Shown: positions 1 to 9,180, counted from the stretch's first letter. The stretch is DNA of 34,832 nucleotides from Sphingopyxis sp. (GCA_026125835.1 JAHCKJ010000001.1:1-34832), one strand, 5' to 3'. The notes: a model not told the origin generated them from the letters alone. Translations and numbers: made by a program.

Positions 1-2
1 AC

Positions 3-401
3 ATCTACCGAGAAGTCCGCGGGTTACGGCTCGATCTCGTCGCGCGCGGGTTCGGCGCCGGCACCTATGCCATGCATATCCACGAGACCGGCCGCTGCGA
101 CGCGCCCAAATTTACCAGCGCCGGTGCCCACTGGAACCCGACGGGTGCCGAGCACGGCCGCGACAATCCGCGGGGCGCCCACCATGGCGACCTGCCCAAT
201 CTGGTCATCGAGCCCGACACCATCGGCCGCGCAACGCTGCAACTGGTGGGCACCCGCCTGACCGGCGACGGCGCGATGCTCGACGCCGACGGCGCGTCAT
301 TCGTCATCCACGCCGGTCCCGACGACATGAAAACCGATCCCAGCGGCAACAGCGGCGACCGCATCGCCTGCGGCGTGATCGTCACCACGCCCGTCGAATA
401 G
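3..401 (+). CDS. sodC: Cu/Zn superoxide dismutase (5' end outside window)
   Basis: Frame is open from base 3. Motifs MHIHETGRC, SAGAHWNP, HG-x-HHGDLPNL, VIHAGPDD and GNSGDRIACG are the SodC metal ligands and disulfide. Confidence 0.9.
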   Translation: MYREVRGLRLDLVARGFGAGTYAMHIHETGRCDAPKFTSAGAHWNPTGAEHGRDNPRGAHHGDLPNLVIEPDTIGRATLQLVGTRLTGDGAMLDADGASFVIHAGPDDMKTDPSGNSGDRIACGVIVTTPVE

Positions 402-425
402 GCCGCGCCCGCGCGGGCGCCGCGA

Positions 426-2024
426 TCAGGCGCGGCCCGCGCGTTCGACGATCGTCGCCTCCGCCTCGGGCAGCGCGCGATAGGCATAGAGCAACAGCGC
501 GACCGCAACGGGCGCCACGCCGATCAGCGACAATATGCCCGCGCGCAGATTGCCGACCGGCTGGCCGTTCACCACGGTCCCCGTCAGATCCGAAATCTGC
601 CCGACCATATAGGGGCCAAAGGACAGGCCGATCAGCGTGGTGCCCAGGAAGAAGGCGGCAGTGGCGGTGCCGCGCATTTGCGGCAGCACCAGGTCCTGCG
701 TCGTCGCCGCTGCCGCGCCGAGCGCCGCGGCGCCGAACAACCCGGCAAGGAAATTCATCGTATAGAACAGCGGCGCGCTGTCCGTGGTATAGCCGATCCA
801 GATCGGCGCGATCGGCGCGATGACGCCGAACAGGATCATCCAGATGCGCCCCGCCGGATGGCGCGCGCGCAGCGCATCGGCGGCGCGACCGCCGATGATG
901 ACCCCGATAAACCCGCTGAGCGCGCCATTGGCACCCAGGATCGAGGCGAGCTGTTGCTTGGGAAGTCCCAGCACGACTTCGGCATAGGGTGCCGACCAGA
1001 AAGCGAGCGCATAGGCGGCGAGCGCGACGAGCCCATAACCGATCGTGACACAGATGAACGCCGGCGTCCCCCAGATCAGGCGAAAGGTCGCCGGATCATT
1101 GGCGCGCAGCGTGCTTGCCCACGAAAAGACGGCGTAATAGCCGAGCGCGACCGCCGACCATTGCGGCAGGTTGCCGGTCAGCTGGATCATCCACCACGCA
1201 AAAGCCGCGAGCGCCGCCGCGACGCCGATGTTGATCGCCAGTGCCGCGGGGCCGCGCTGCCACGCGCCATAGAGTGTGAGCGGCGGCACGATCATCGACA
1301 GATCCTTGCCGAACTCGCGAAACGGCGTCGGCGAGCTGTGCGCCGGCACGCCGTCCATCGCGCCGCGCACCGGTTCGCGCAGGCTGGCGACCCACAGCGC
1401 GAGGAGCAGCCCGGGGAGCCCGACGGCGAGGAACGCCGCTTGCCAGCCGACGAGTCCCAGCGGCCCGCCCGCAGGGTAGGTCCGGTTCCAGCTTTCGACG
1501 ATCAACGCGCCGATGAACAGCGACACGCCGCCGCCAAGATAAAGCCCCGACGAATAGATGGCGAGCGCGGTCGCCTTTTGCCGTTTCGGGAAATAGTCGG
1601 AGATCAGCGAATAGGCAGTCGGGCTGGCGGTTGCCTCGCCGACGCCGACGCCCATGCGCGCCAGCGTCAGCGTCATGCGGTCATAGGCAAAGCCCGACAA
1701 TGCGGTCATCGCCGACCACAAGGTGAGGCCGATCGACAGCAGTTTCACCCGGCTCCAATTGTCGGCGAGGCGGCCCAGCGGGATGCCGAACAGCGCGTAA
1801 AAGACCGCAAAGGCGGCACCGCCCAGAAAGCCCATGTCGGAGTCGGTCAGCCCCAGGTCGGCCTTGATGTCGACCGCCAGGATGCTGATGATCTGCCGGT
1901 CGATGAAGTTCAGGATATAGACGACGACCAGCACCGACAGCACATACCAGCTGTAACCGGTCGCCTTCGGTTCGGCGGCGGGCGCGGTTTCGGACCCCTC
2001 AAGCTGGCTCGCGCTATCGACCAT
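426..2024 (-). CDS. MFS transporter, spinster-like
   Basis: 532 aa, multi-TM. LNFIDRQI, GIPLGRLADNWSR (motif A), GVGEAT and SLISDYFP; GGAGGGG RBS upstream. Confidence 0.85.
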   Translation of the reverse strand: MVDSASQLEGSETAPAAEPKATGYSWYVLSVLVVVYILNFIDRQIISILAVDIKADLGLTDSDMGFLGGAAFAVFYALFGIPLGRLADNWSRVKLLSIGLTLWSAMTALSGFAYDRMTLTLARMGVGVGEATASPTAYSLISDYFPKRQKATALAIYSSGLYLGGGVSLFIGALIVESWNRTYPAGGPLGLVGWQAAFLAVGLPGLLLALWVASLREPVRGAMDGVPAHSSPTPFREFGKDLSMIVPPLTLYGAWQRGPAALAINIGVAAALAAFAWWMIQLTGNLPQWSAVALGYYAVFSWASTLRANDPATFRLIWGTPAFICVTIGYGLVALAAYALAFWSAPYAEVVLGLPKQQLASILGANGALSGFIGVIIGGRAADALRARHPAGRIWMILFGVIAPIAPIWIGYTTDSAPLFYTMNFLAGLFGAAALGAAAATTQDLVLPQMRGTATAAFFLGTTLIGLSFGPYMVGQISDLTGTVVNGQPVGNLRAGILSLIGVAPVAVALLLYAYRALPEAEATIVERAGRA

Positions 2025-2064
2025 CTGGCAACCCCCTCCCTGAACGTCTATCTTGTCCGCGTCA

Positions 2065-2092
2065 TGGCTAGCAGAGCCGCGGCAAGGCGCAA
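2065..2092 (-). promoter_or_regulatory. Putative sigma70 promoter of the MFS gene
   Basis: Minus strand TTGCGC-N16-TAGCCA with the GC-TA extension typical of alphaproteobacterial promoters. Confidence 0.35.
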
Positions 2093-2112
2093 GTTGAAAG
2101 ACGGTTCAACTT
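2091..2112. promoter_or_regulatory. AT-rich inverted repeat, candidate transcription-factor site
   Basis: AAGTTGAA-agacgg-TTCAACTT is a perfect 8-bp inverted repeat between divergent genes. Confidence 0.4.
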
Positions 2113-2130
2113 TGGGGTGAAGGGCGCAGA

Positions 2131-2613
2131 GTGGGCGACGATCGCGACAAAATCCCCGCCATATTGTTCCTGTGCCTCGGCAATATCTGCCGCTCGCCGC
2201 TGGCCGAAGGCGCGGCGCGCGCTGCCTTCACCGCCGCGGGGATCGACGCCCGGCTCGATTCGGCGGGGACCGGCGACTGGCATGTCGGCCGCCCGCCGGA
2301 CCCCCGCGCGCAAGCCGAGGCGCGCCGCCGCGGCATCGACATTTCGGACCTGCGCGCCCGACAGCTTGTGCATGAGGATTTCTACCGCTTCGACCTGATC
2401 CTCGCCGCCGATGTGACGAACCTGCGCGATGCCCGCGCGCTGGCGCCCGCCGATGCGACCGCGCGCGTCCGGCTGATGCTCGACCTTGTGCCCGGACGCC
2501 GCGGCGAGGGCGTGACCGATCCCTATTACGGCGCCGACGACGGTTTTGCCGCGACGTGGGACGATGTCAGCGCCGTTGCCGCCGCGCTCGTCGCCGAACA
2601 TTCGAGCGGGTAG
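2131..2613 (+). CDS. Low-molecular-weight protein-tyrosine phosphatase
   Basis: CLGNICRS P-loop, DSAGT, and DPYYG general-acid motif; GTG start. Confidence 0.93.
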   Translation: MGDDRDKIPAILFLCLGNICRSPLAEGAARAAFTAAGIDARLDSAGTGDWHVGRPPDPRAQAEARRRGIDISDLRARQLVHEDFYRFDLILAADVTNLRDARALAPADATARVRLMLDLVPGRRGEGVTDPYYGADDGFAATWDDVSAVAAALVAEHSSG

Positions 2614-3137
2614 CGCGCCACCGGATGGTAGCGCGAACCGCCATGCCCCATTTCGCTTTCGTAGAGGATGACGCGGGTGAAGGCGAAAGGCGAACTGGCC
2701 AGATCGCCGTGCTGCGCCAGAAAGGGTGCGACCGGCCCCGCCGAACGGTTGAGCCGCGCCAGCGTGATATGCGGGACAAAGGCGCGCGTTTCGGACGGTA
2801 CGCCGACGCGCGCCAGCAATTGGTCGACCTTGCGATGTAGAGCTGCCAGCGCCGCGGCCGGTTCGACCCCCGCCCAGACGGTGTGCGGCCACCCCTTGCG
2901 TTCGAACATCCCTACCCCGGCGATCCGCGCGGTGATCGCCGGCGCATGGAGCGCGCCCAGCGCCGCGGCGATGTCCTCGGCGCGGTGACGGTCGACCTCG
3001 CCGATAAAGCGCAGCGTCAGGTGCAGCTGCTCGTCATCCTGCCAGCGCGCTGCCGAAATGCCGTGCATCGCGGCGCGCAGCAGGTCGCGGACGGGGCGGG
3101 GTGGACGCAGCGCGACGAACAGGCGGTGGCTCGACAT
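2526..3137 (-). CDS. thpR: RNA 2',3'-cyclic phosphodiesterase (2H family, LigT)
   Basis: RLFVAL N-terminus and two HxT motifs (HLTLRF, PHITLAR). Confidence 0.92.
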   Translation of the reverse strand: MSSHRLFVALRPPRPVRDLLRAAMHGISAARWQDDEQLHLTLRFIGEVDRHRAEDIAAALGALHAPAITARIAGVGMFERKGWPHTVWAGVEPAAALAALHRKVDQLLARVGVPSETRAFVPHITLARLNRSAGPVAPFLAQHGDLASSPFAFTRVILYESEMGHGGSRYHPVARYPLECSATSAAATALTSSHVAAKPSSAP

Positions 3138-3201
3138 GGTCCGGCCAGCATAAGCGTTCGCGCCCGCCTAACCACCGAAACTTGCCCGCTTTCCGGTTTC
3201 G

Positions 3202-3230
3202 CTTGAAAGCCGGACAGAAAATCACGATAT
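3202..3230 (+). promoter_or_regulatory. Possible RpoH-type promoter for the BI-1/YccA gene
   Basis: CTTGAA-N16-ACGATAT loosely resembles the alphaproteobacterial sigma32 consensus. Confidence 0.25.
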
Positions 3231-3270
3231 TACCGCCTACGGCCGGTATGGGCTGGCCGGTGATGGAGTA

Positions 3271-4008
3271 ATGACAATGGCGAATTGGAACGACCCCAAT
3301 ATGGCGGCTTCCGGTTTTGGGGCCGGCGCGAACGCAATGGACCAGGCCGTCGATGCCGGCCTGCGGTCGTACATGCTGTCGGTTTACAATTATATGGGCT
3401 CGGGCGTGCTGCTGACGGGCATCGTGGCGATGCTGGCGTTTCAGTCGGGCTTTACCGCATCGATGATCGGCACCCCGCTGATGTGGGTGGTGATGCTGGC
3501 GCCGCTGGCGTTCGTGCTGGTGCTCAGCTTTGGCATCAACAAGCTGTCGACGGTGGCGGCGCAGGCGATCTTCTGGGTCTATGCCGCCGTGATGGGTCTG
3601 TCGATGTCGACGATCTTTCTGGCCTTTACCAGCACCTCGATCGCGCAGACCTTTTTCGCGACGGCCGCGGCTTTTCTGGGCCTAAGCCTCTATGGTTATA
3701 CGACCAAAAAGGATCTGTCGGGTTTCGGCACCTTCCTGATCATGGGTGTGGTCGGCCTGCTCGTCGCCTTGCTGCTCAACGCATTCGTGTTCCAGTCGGG
3801 CGCGATGGCGATGGCGATCAGCGTCATCGGCGTGCTGATCTTCGCGGGCCTGACCGCCTATGACACGCAGAAGATCAAGAGCATGTATTTCTATGTCCGC
3901 GGGACCGACTTTGTCGGCAAGTCGGTGGTGATGGGCGCGCTGACGCTCTACCTCGACTTCGTCAACATGTTCACCTTCCTGCTCAATCTGCTGGGCAGCC
4001 GCGAATAA
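3271..4008 (+). CDS. Bax inhibitor-1/YccA family membrane protein
   Basis: GLRSYMLSVYNYM, YGYTTKKDLS, LTAYDTQKIK and GALTLYLDFVNMF; 7 TM; GGAG RBS. Confidence 0.93.
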   Translation: MTMANWNDPNMAASGFGAGANAMDQAVDAGLRSYMLSVYNYMGSGVLLTGIVAMLAFQSGFTASMIGTPLMWVVMLAPLAFVLVLSFGINKLSTVAAQAIFWVYAAVMGLSMSTIFLAFTSTSIAQTFFATAAAFLGLSLYGYTTKKDLSGFGTFLIMGVVGLLVALLLNAFVFQSGAMAMAISVIGVLIFAGLTAYDTQKIKSMYFYVRGTDFVGKSVVMGALTLYLDFVNMFTFLLNLLGSRE

Positions 4009-4032
4009 GCGGACGGACGTCGAACGAAAAAC

Positions 4033-4071
4033 GGGAGCCCGGCGGAGCGATTCGCCGGGCTCTTTCTTTTT
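4033..4071 (+). terminator. Rho-independent terminator
   Basis: GAGCCCGGCG/CGCCGGGCTC stem followed by TTTCTTTTT. Confidence 0.85.
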
Positions 4072-4082
4072 GGGGGAAGTTG

Positions 4083-4985
4083 ATGAAACGGATATGGGCG
4101 GCGGCGGGGGCCGCGGTGTTGATGACGGCGGCGCTGCCCGGCGCGGCAAAGACGAAGGAAGCATGTGCGGTCGCCCGGCCCGACGATGGCGTTCTCAAAG
4201 CCTTTGCCGCTCGTTATTTTGTCGCGGCCGACAATGCCGCGATCGACGCGCTGGTCGCCTGCCTCGATAACCCCGATTCCGCAATCCGCGACGATTTCGC
4301 TTTCGCGCTGTGGACGCAGGGGCTGCGCGGCAAACATCTGGACGCCGATGGCCTCCGCCACGCGAAACAGCGACTGACGGCAATCCTCGCCGCGCCCGAC
4401 GATAGCGCGGGCTTCCGCCGTCCCTTCGCCGTGCTGGCCCTGTCAGAAGTCGCGCGCGCCGACCGCGTCGAGCCCCTTCTGACCGAAACCGAATTGCATG
4501 GGCTCGCCGCAACCGGCGCGACCTATTTGCGCGGCGTCACCGATTATCGCGGTTTTGTCGAGGGGCAGGGCTGGCGGCACGGGGTCGCGCATGGCGCCGA
4601 CCTGTTGATGCAGCTGGCGCTCGGTCCGCGTCTGGCGCGCGCCGATGCCGACCTGCTGCTCGGCGCGATTGCCGCGCAGGTCGCGCCGCCGGGATCGCAC
4701 GCCTATATCCACGGCGAGGCGCGGCGGCTGGCGCGGCCGCTGCAGTTCCTGGCAAGACGGCCCGACATCGACGATGCGGCGTGGGCGGCATGGTTCCAGA
4801 CGCTGCATCCGGGCGACGCGCCACGCTGGAAAGCCCCCTACTCCAGCGCCGAAGGGTTGGGGGCGGTCCCACAACAACAGCGCATTCGGCGACGCCGTCT
4901 ATGTCGCGCAGCCAGCGGATCGCGGGATCCGCAGGTACGGCGCCTTGCCCCGCTCGCCGCCGGATTGCTGAAAAGCGCTGCCTAG
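4083..4985 (+). CDS. Secreted DUF2785-like helical protein; probable compensated frameshift near 4868-4910
   Basis: Signal peptide; IRDDFAF and DYRGFVEGQGWRHGVAHGADLL resemble DUF2785. The alternative frame HNNSAFGDAVYVA fits better than PQQQRIRRRRLC. Confidence 0.7.
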   Translation: MKRIWAAAGAAVLMTAALPGAAKTKEACAVARPDDGVLKAFAARYFVAADNAAIDALVACLDNPDSAIRDDFAFALWTQGLRGKHLDADGLRHAKQRLTAILAAPDDSAGFRRPFAVLALSEVARADRVEPLLTETELHGLAATGATYLRGVTDYRGFVEGQGWRHGVAHGADLLMQLALGPRLARADADLLLGAIAAQVAPPGSHAYIHGEARRLARPLQFLARRPDIDDAAWAAWFQTLHPGDAPRWKAPYSSAEGLGAVPQQQRIRRRRLCRAASGSRDPQVRRLAPLAAGLLKSAA

Positions 4986-5009
4986 GCGGCAGGTGAATTG
5001 CCTACCCCC

Positions 5010-5096
5010 TCGTCATTGCGAGGAGCGAGAAGCGACGCGGAAATCCAGAGCGCGCGTAAACCGCCCTGGATTGCTTCGCTTCGCTCGCAATGACGA
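5010..5096. repeat. REP-like palindromic element (GTCATTGCGAG family)
   Basis: TCGTCATTGCGAG...AATCCAG / CTGGATTG...CTCGCAATGACGA inverted arms between convergent genes. Confidence 0.85.
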
Positions 5097-5112
5097 CTGA
5101 GAGAGGTCCGCA

Positions 5113-5748
5113 CTAAACGGGATTTGCCGCCTGCATCTCGGCAATCAGTGCATTGTCGATGTCTTTCGCGCGCTTGTAGGCGGCGCACTCGCGCAACGGC
5201 GCAACATAGGCCTCGAACGCCGGGCGCGGGGGGATCGTCCCGAATTGCAGCCCCCAGTCGATCTGGCTGCCGACATAGACGTCGGCGGCGCTGAACCGGT
5301 CGCCCGCGACAAACGCCTTGCCCGCGACCGCGCCTTCGAGCGCGTCCAGCGCCGCGTCGAGCGAGCCGAAACCCGCCATCCTCTGCTGGTCCGCATCGGG
5401 CTCGATCCCGAAATGCTTGGCCGTGATCGCCTGTTCGACCGGCCCGGCGGTGAAGAACAGCCAGCGATAATAATCGGCGCGCGCCGCGGCCGGCGGCGCC
5501 AGCCCGGCTTCGGGGAAGGCATCGGCCAGATAGGCACAGATCGCCGCGCATTCGGTCACCGCGCGGCCGTCGTGAACGATCGCCGGTACCTTGCCCATCG
5601 GGTTGACCGCCAGATAGGCGGCGTCCTTCATCGTCGTGCCGTAATCGAGGATGCGCGGGTCATAGGGCGCGCCGACCTCTTCAAGCATCCAGCGGACAAT
5701 CTGCCCGCGCGACATCGGGTTGGTATAGAAAATCAGATCGTCTGCCAT
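5113..5748 (-). CDS. Glutathione S-transferase
   Basis: MADDLIFYTNPMSRG, NPMGKVP, TECAAICAYLAD and FSAADVY; AAGGAG RBS before ATG 5748. Confidence 0.93.
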   Translation of the reverse strand: MADDLIFYTNPMSRGQIVRWMLEEVGAPYDPRILDYGTTMKDAAYLAVNPMGKVPAIVHDGRAVTECAAICAYLADAFPEAGLAPPAAARADYYRWLFFTAGPVEQAITAKHFGIEPDADQQRMAGFGSLDAALDALEGAVAGKAFVAGDRFSAADVYVGSQIDWGLQFGTIPPRPAFEAYVAPLRECAAYKRAKDIDNALIAEMQAANPV

Positions 5749-5782
5749 GGCGCTTCTCCTTGATGCGATGCGAGTCGGAGTA

Positions 5783-5797
5783 GAACATAGCAAGAAC
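5783..5797 (-). promoter_or_regulatory. Alphaproteobacterial LexA (SOS) box
   Basis: Minus strand GTTC-ttgctat-GTTC matches GTTC-N7-GTTC and overlaps the -10 of a putative TGGAAC-N17-TATGTT promoter (5784-5812). Confidence 0.75.
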
Positions 5798-5852
5798 AAA
5801 TATCCCGTTCCACCACACTTGTTTTGTCACCGCGTCCGGCTAAGGCAAAGCG

Positions 5853-6614
5853 ATGAGCGACGAACGCATCTGGACCGCCGCCGTGCTGGTGATCGGCGAC
5901 GAGATTCTCTCGGGCCGCACCCAGGACAAGAATGTGTCGCAGATTGCGACGTGGCTCGACGCGCAGGGTATCCGGCTGCGCGAAGTCCGTATCGTCCCCG
6001 ATGTCGAGCAGGAGATCGTCGATGCGCTGAACGCGGTGCGCGCGCGCTATGACTATGTGTTCACCACCGGCGGCATCGGCCCGACCCACGACGACATCAC
6101 CGTCGATGCGGTCGCCAAGGCGCTGGGCGTGGGGGTGATCGTCCATCCGGAGGCACGCGCCATCCTCGAGCGCTACTATGGCGGGCGCGGGCTGGAACTC
6201 ACCGAGGCGCGGCTGCGCATGGCGCGCACCCCCGACGGCGCCGAACTGATCGCCAACCGCATGTCGGGGGCGCCGGGGATCCGCATCGACAATCTGTTCG
6301 TGATGGCCGGAGTGCCGCATATCACCGCGGGGATGCTCGATGCGCTGACCGGCCAGCTGGAGGGCGGCGCGCCGCTGGTTGCGCACACGATCGGCGCCTG
6401 GTCACCCGAAAGCGAGGTCGCCGACCTGCTGCGCCGGGGCGAAAAGGAGCATCCGGGGGTCGTGATCGGCAGCTATCCCTTTTTCCGCGACGGCAAGGTC
6501 GGTGCCAATTTTGTGATCCGATCGACGTCAGCCGCCGATGTCGCCGCTTGCGTCGCGACGCTCACCGCCGGGCTCGAGGCCGCGGGCTATGCGGTGACCG
6601 ACGGCGGCATCTGA
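5853..6614 (+). CDS. CinA-like / molybdopterin-binding domain protein (competence/damage-inducible protein A family)
   Basis: VIGDEILSGRTQDKN, TTGGIGPTHDDIT, MAGVP and IGSYPF. Confidence 0.9.
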   Translation: MSDERIWTAAVLVIGDEILSGRTQDKNVSQIATWLDAQGIRLREVRIVPDVEQEIVDALNAVRARYDYVFTTGGIGPTHDDITVDAVAKALGVGVIVHPEARAILERYYGGRGLELTEARLRMARTPDGAELIANRMSGAPGIRIDNLFVMAGVPHITAGMLDALTGQLEGGAPLVAHTIGAWSPESEVADLLRRGEKEHPGVVIGSYPFFRDGKVGANFVIRSTSAADVAACVATLTAGLEAAGYAVTDGGI

Positions 6615-7837
6615 TCGGACGCGTCGTCGCTGGTCCGCGTCACGCGCGGCAGGCGGCGCAGCATCAGGATCGCGAGCAGGCCAAAGATTGCGGCGACGAT
6701 GAAGGCGGCACCCGGAAAATGGACCGGGGCCGTGGCGGCGGTAAACCAGGCCATGGTGCCGGTGAGCAGGATCGGTGCGACGAGCTGGCCCAGCCCCATC
6801 GCCATCGCCGAAATGCCCTGCACCTCGCCCTGCGTATCGGCGGTGGCGCGGCGCGACATCAGCGCGTTGAGCGACGGCTGCACCGGTGCCTGCAAGGCGA
6901 TCGGCAGCAACAGCAGGAACGCGCCCCAGGTCGAGGTGACAAAGGCATAGCCCAGATAATTGGCGACCGCGATCGCGATGCCGATCGTCGCCGCATCGCG
7001 CTCGCCAAAGCGCGCGACCATCGGGCCGACAACGAACGTCTGGCCCAGCGCGATCATCACCCCGACCGCGGCCAGGCTGGCGCCGATCATCCCCGGCGTC
7101 CAGCCGAGCTGCGCTATGCAGTAAAAGCTCCACGTCATCGGATAGACCAGGCTGGCGATCTGCCACAAGGTCAGCACGCTCGCGACCCCGCCCATGCCGG
7201 GCAGGCCGCGCATCGCCTGGAGCGCGCCGAGCGGATTGGCGCGGCGCCAGCTGAACGCGCGGCGGCGCCCGGGCGGCAAGGTTTCGGGAAAGATGAACAG
7301 GCCATAGAGCATGTTGGCGGCGGCGAGGATCGCCGCGGCGACGAACGGCGCGCGCGGGCCGATCTCGCCCAGAAAGCCGCCGATCGCCGGTCCGGCGACA
7401 AAGCCGACCCCGAACGCCGCGCCGACAAAGCCGAAATTGCGCGCGCGCTCCTCGGGCTTGGTGATGTCGGCGATCGCCGCCTGCGCCGCAGCATAGCTGC
7501 CGCCGAATACGCCCGACAAAGCGCGCGCAACAAACAACCACGGCAGCGTTTCGACGATCGTCAGCAACGCATAGTCTATCGCGAGCCCGCCGAGCGACAG
7601 CAGCAGCACGCGCCGCCGCCCGAACCGGTCGGACAGATTGCCGAGCACCGGCGACGCCAGAAAGGTCGCGACCGCCATCACCAGCCCGATCCATGCCCCG
7701 ACCTCGATCGCTTTGGCCAAGTCGATGCGCCCGACCTCCATCACCAGCTGCGGCAGCACCGGCATGATGATCCCGAAACCGACCGCGTCGATAAAGATGG
7801 TGGCGACGATGAAGGGGATGGTACGCCCCGGCGTCAC
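6587..7837 (-). CDS. TCR/TetA-like MFS efflux transporter
   Basis: [39 protein letters not shown] and FPETL; GTG start. Confidence 0.88.
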   Translation of the reverse strand: MTPGRTIPFIVATIFIDAVGFGIIMPVLPQLVMEVGRIDLAKAIEVGAWIGLVMAVATFLASPVLGNLSDRFGRRRVLLLSLGGLAIDYALLTIVETLPWLFVARALSGVFGGSYAAAQAAIADITKPEERARNFGFVGAAFGVGFVAGPAIGGFLGEIGPRAPFVAAAILAAANMLYGLFIFPETLPPGRRRAFSWRRANPLGALQAMRGLPGMGGVASVLTLWQIASLVYPMTWSFYCIAQLGWTPGMIGASLAAVGVMIALGQTFVVGPMVARFGERDAATIGIAIAVANYLGYAFVTSTWGAFLLLLPIALQAPVQPSLNALMSRRATADTQGEVQGISAMAMGLGQLVAPILLTGTMAWFTAATAPVHFPGAAFIVAAIFGLLAILMLRRLPRVTRTSDDASDQMPPSVTA

Positions 7838-7864
7838 TTGTGCTTTTTCCCTGACAGGTTTAGC

Positions 7865-7889
7865 GGCACCGAACCCTCCCTCATGCGTT
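7865..7889 (+). promoter_or_regulatory. Putative EcfG/sigmaT general-stress promoter
   Basis: GGCAC-N16-CGTT versus consensus GGAAC-N16-CGTT; 8 nt before the ATG, implying a near-leaderless transcript. Confidence 0.4.
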
Positions 7890-7897
7890 GCCGATAG

Positions 7898-8683
7898 ATG
7901 AAACTCGCGATCCGCGCCTCCCTAAATTACCGGCTGCCCGAACCGGTCGACCTGATGCTCCAGATCGAGGCTGCTGACGGGCACGGCCAGCGCGTGCTCG
8001 ATGCGTCGCTCGACCTCGGCCGGCCCGACCTGCTGGCGCGCGTCCCGACCGCCAGCGGTATCTGCGATCCGGTCTGGCTGCGCGAGGCGGGGCAACTGCG
8101 CGTCGCCTATCGTGCCCGCGTCGCGATCGACCGCCCCGATCCCGATCTGGCGGCGCTCGCCGCGGTGCCGCTCCACCGCCTGCCCGCCGACGCCGTCCCC
8201 TATCTCAACGAATCGCGCTATTGCCCGTCGAACAAGTTTCACGCCTTTGTCGAACGCCGCTTCGGCGACCATGACGGCGGGGCGAAGGTCGCAAGGATGC
8301 GCGACTGGATCGAAAACCGCTTCACCTATGTCGCGGGGGCCAGCGACGCCGAAACCGGCGCGCTCGACAGCTTTGTCGAACGGCGCGGCGTGTGCCGTGA
8401 CTATGCCCATGTCCTGATCGCACTGGCACGCGCCGCGCATATTCCGGCGCGCATGGCCAGCGTCTACGCGCTGGGGGTCGATCCGCAGGATTTCCACGCC
8501 GTCGCCGAAGTCTATCTGGACGGCGACTGGTACCCCGTCGACGCCACCGGCATGGCGCGCGCATCGGCGATGGCGCGCATCTGCGTCGGCCGCGACGCCG
8601 CCGACATCAGCTTCCTCACCGCCTATGGCGCGATCGAACTGGTCGGCCAGTCGGTCGCGGTGGTTGAGGTGGAGGCAGAATAG
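7898..8683 (+). CDS. Transglutaminase-like protein
   Basis: SRYCPS, GVCRDYAH (Cys), DFHAVAEVY (His), DATG (Asp) and GRDAAD. Confidence 0.9.
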   Translation: MKLAIRASLNYRLPEPVDLMLQIEAADGHGQRVLDASLDLGRPDLLARVPTASGICDPVWLREAGQLRVAYRARVAIDRPDPDLAALAAVPLHRLPADAVPYLNESRYCPSNKFHAFVERRFGDHDGGAKVARMRDWIENRFTYVAGASDAETGALDSFVERRGVCRDYAHVLIALARAAHIPARMASVYALGVDPQDFHAVAEVYLDGDWYPVDATGMARASAMARICVGRDAADISFLTAYGAIELVGQSVAVVEVEAE

Positions 8684-8759
8684 GCGCAGCGGCGGGTCGC
8701 CGCTGACTCTTGGGCCTGCCGGCGCCGCTTCCCTCTGCCGGGCGGTCGCGCGCAGGTAG

Positions 8760-8802
8760 AAAAAGGCGCGGGTTCCGCCAGCCGCGGCGGCGGAACCCGC
8801 GC
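8760..8802 (-). terminator. Terminator of the HU gene (possibly bidirectional)
   Basis: 14-bp stem GCGCGGGTTCCGCC/GGCGGAACCCGCGC with a T-tract on the minus strand. Confidence 0.8.
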
Positions 8803-8809
8803 GGGTGGA

Positions 8810-9085
8810 TCAGCCGTTCAGGCGGTCCTTGACGGCCTTGGCGGGGCCAAAGGTCAGCTTTTTGGCGGCCTTGATCTGGATGGTGGCGCCGGTCGACGGA
8901 TTGCGGCCTTCGCGGGCCGGGGTCGCCTTGACCTTGAACTTGCCGAAACCGTTGACCGAAACCTCGTCACCCTTGGCGGCGGCGTCGGCGATCGCGGCGA
9001 ACACGGCGTCGACCGCCTTGCGCCCGTCGGCTTTGCTCAGGTCCAGCGACGCAGCAACGGCGTCCGACAATTCGGCGTGGTTCAT
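8810..9085 (-). CDS. hup: HU family DNA-binding protein
   Basis: 91 aa; GFGKFKV and REGRNPSTGATIQI; AGGAG RBS. Confidence 0.95.
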   Translation of the reverse strand: MNHAELSDAVAASLDLSKADGRKAVDAVFAAIADAAAKGDEVSVNGFGKFKVKATPAREGRNPSTGATIQIKAAKKLTFGPAKAVKDRLNG

Positions 9086-9144
9086 TCATTCTCTCCTGGC
9101 TTCGGCCGGGCCATCCCCGGCCAATGCGCTGCCATAGACGCAGG

Positions 9145-9168
9145 ACACGGGCTTCGCCAAGCCCGTGT
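9145..9168. terminator. Hairpin downstream of the S41 peptidase
   Basis: ACACGGGCTT-cgcc-AAGCCCGTGT; there is no T-tract on the minus strand, so termination is uncertain. Confidence 0.4.
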
Positions 9169-9180
9169 TTGCGGGGCCGA

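Noticed and set aside
6587-7837. Acquired tetracycline resistance gene
   Set aside because: No adjacent tetR or mobile element, and host-like composition; likely an intrinsic TetA-like MFS transporter.
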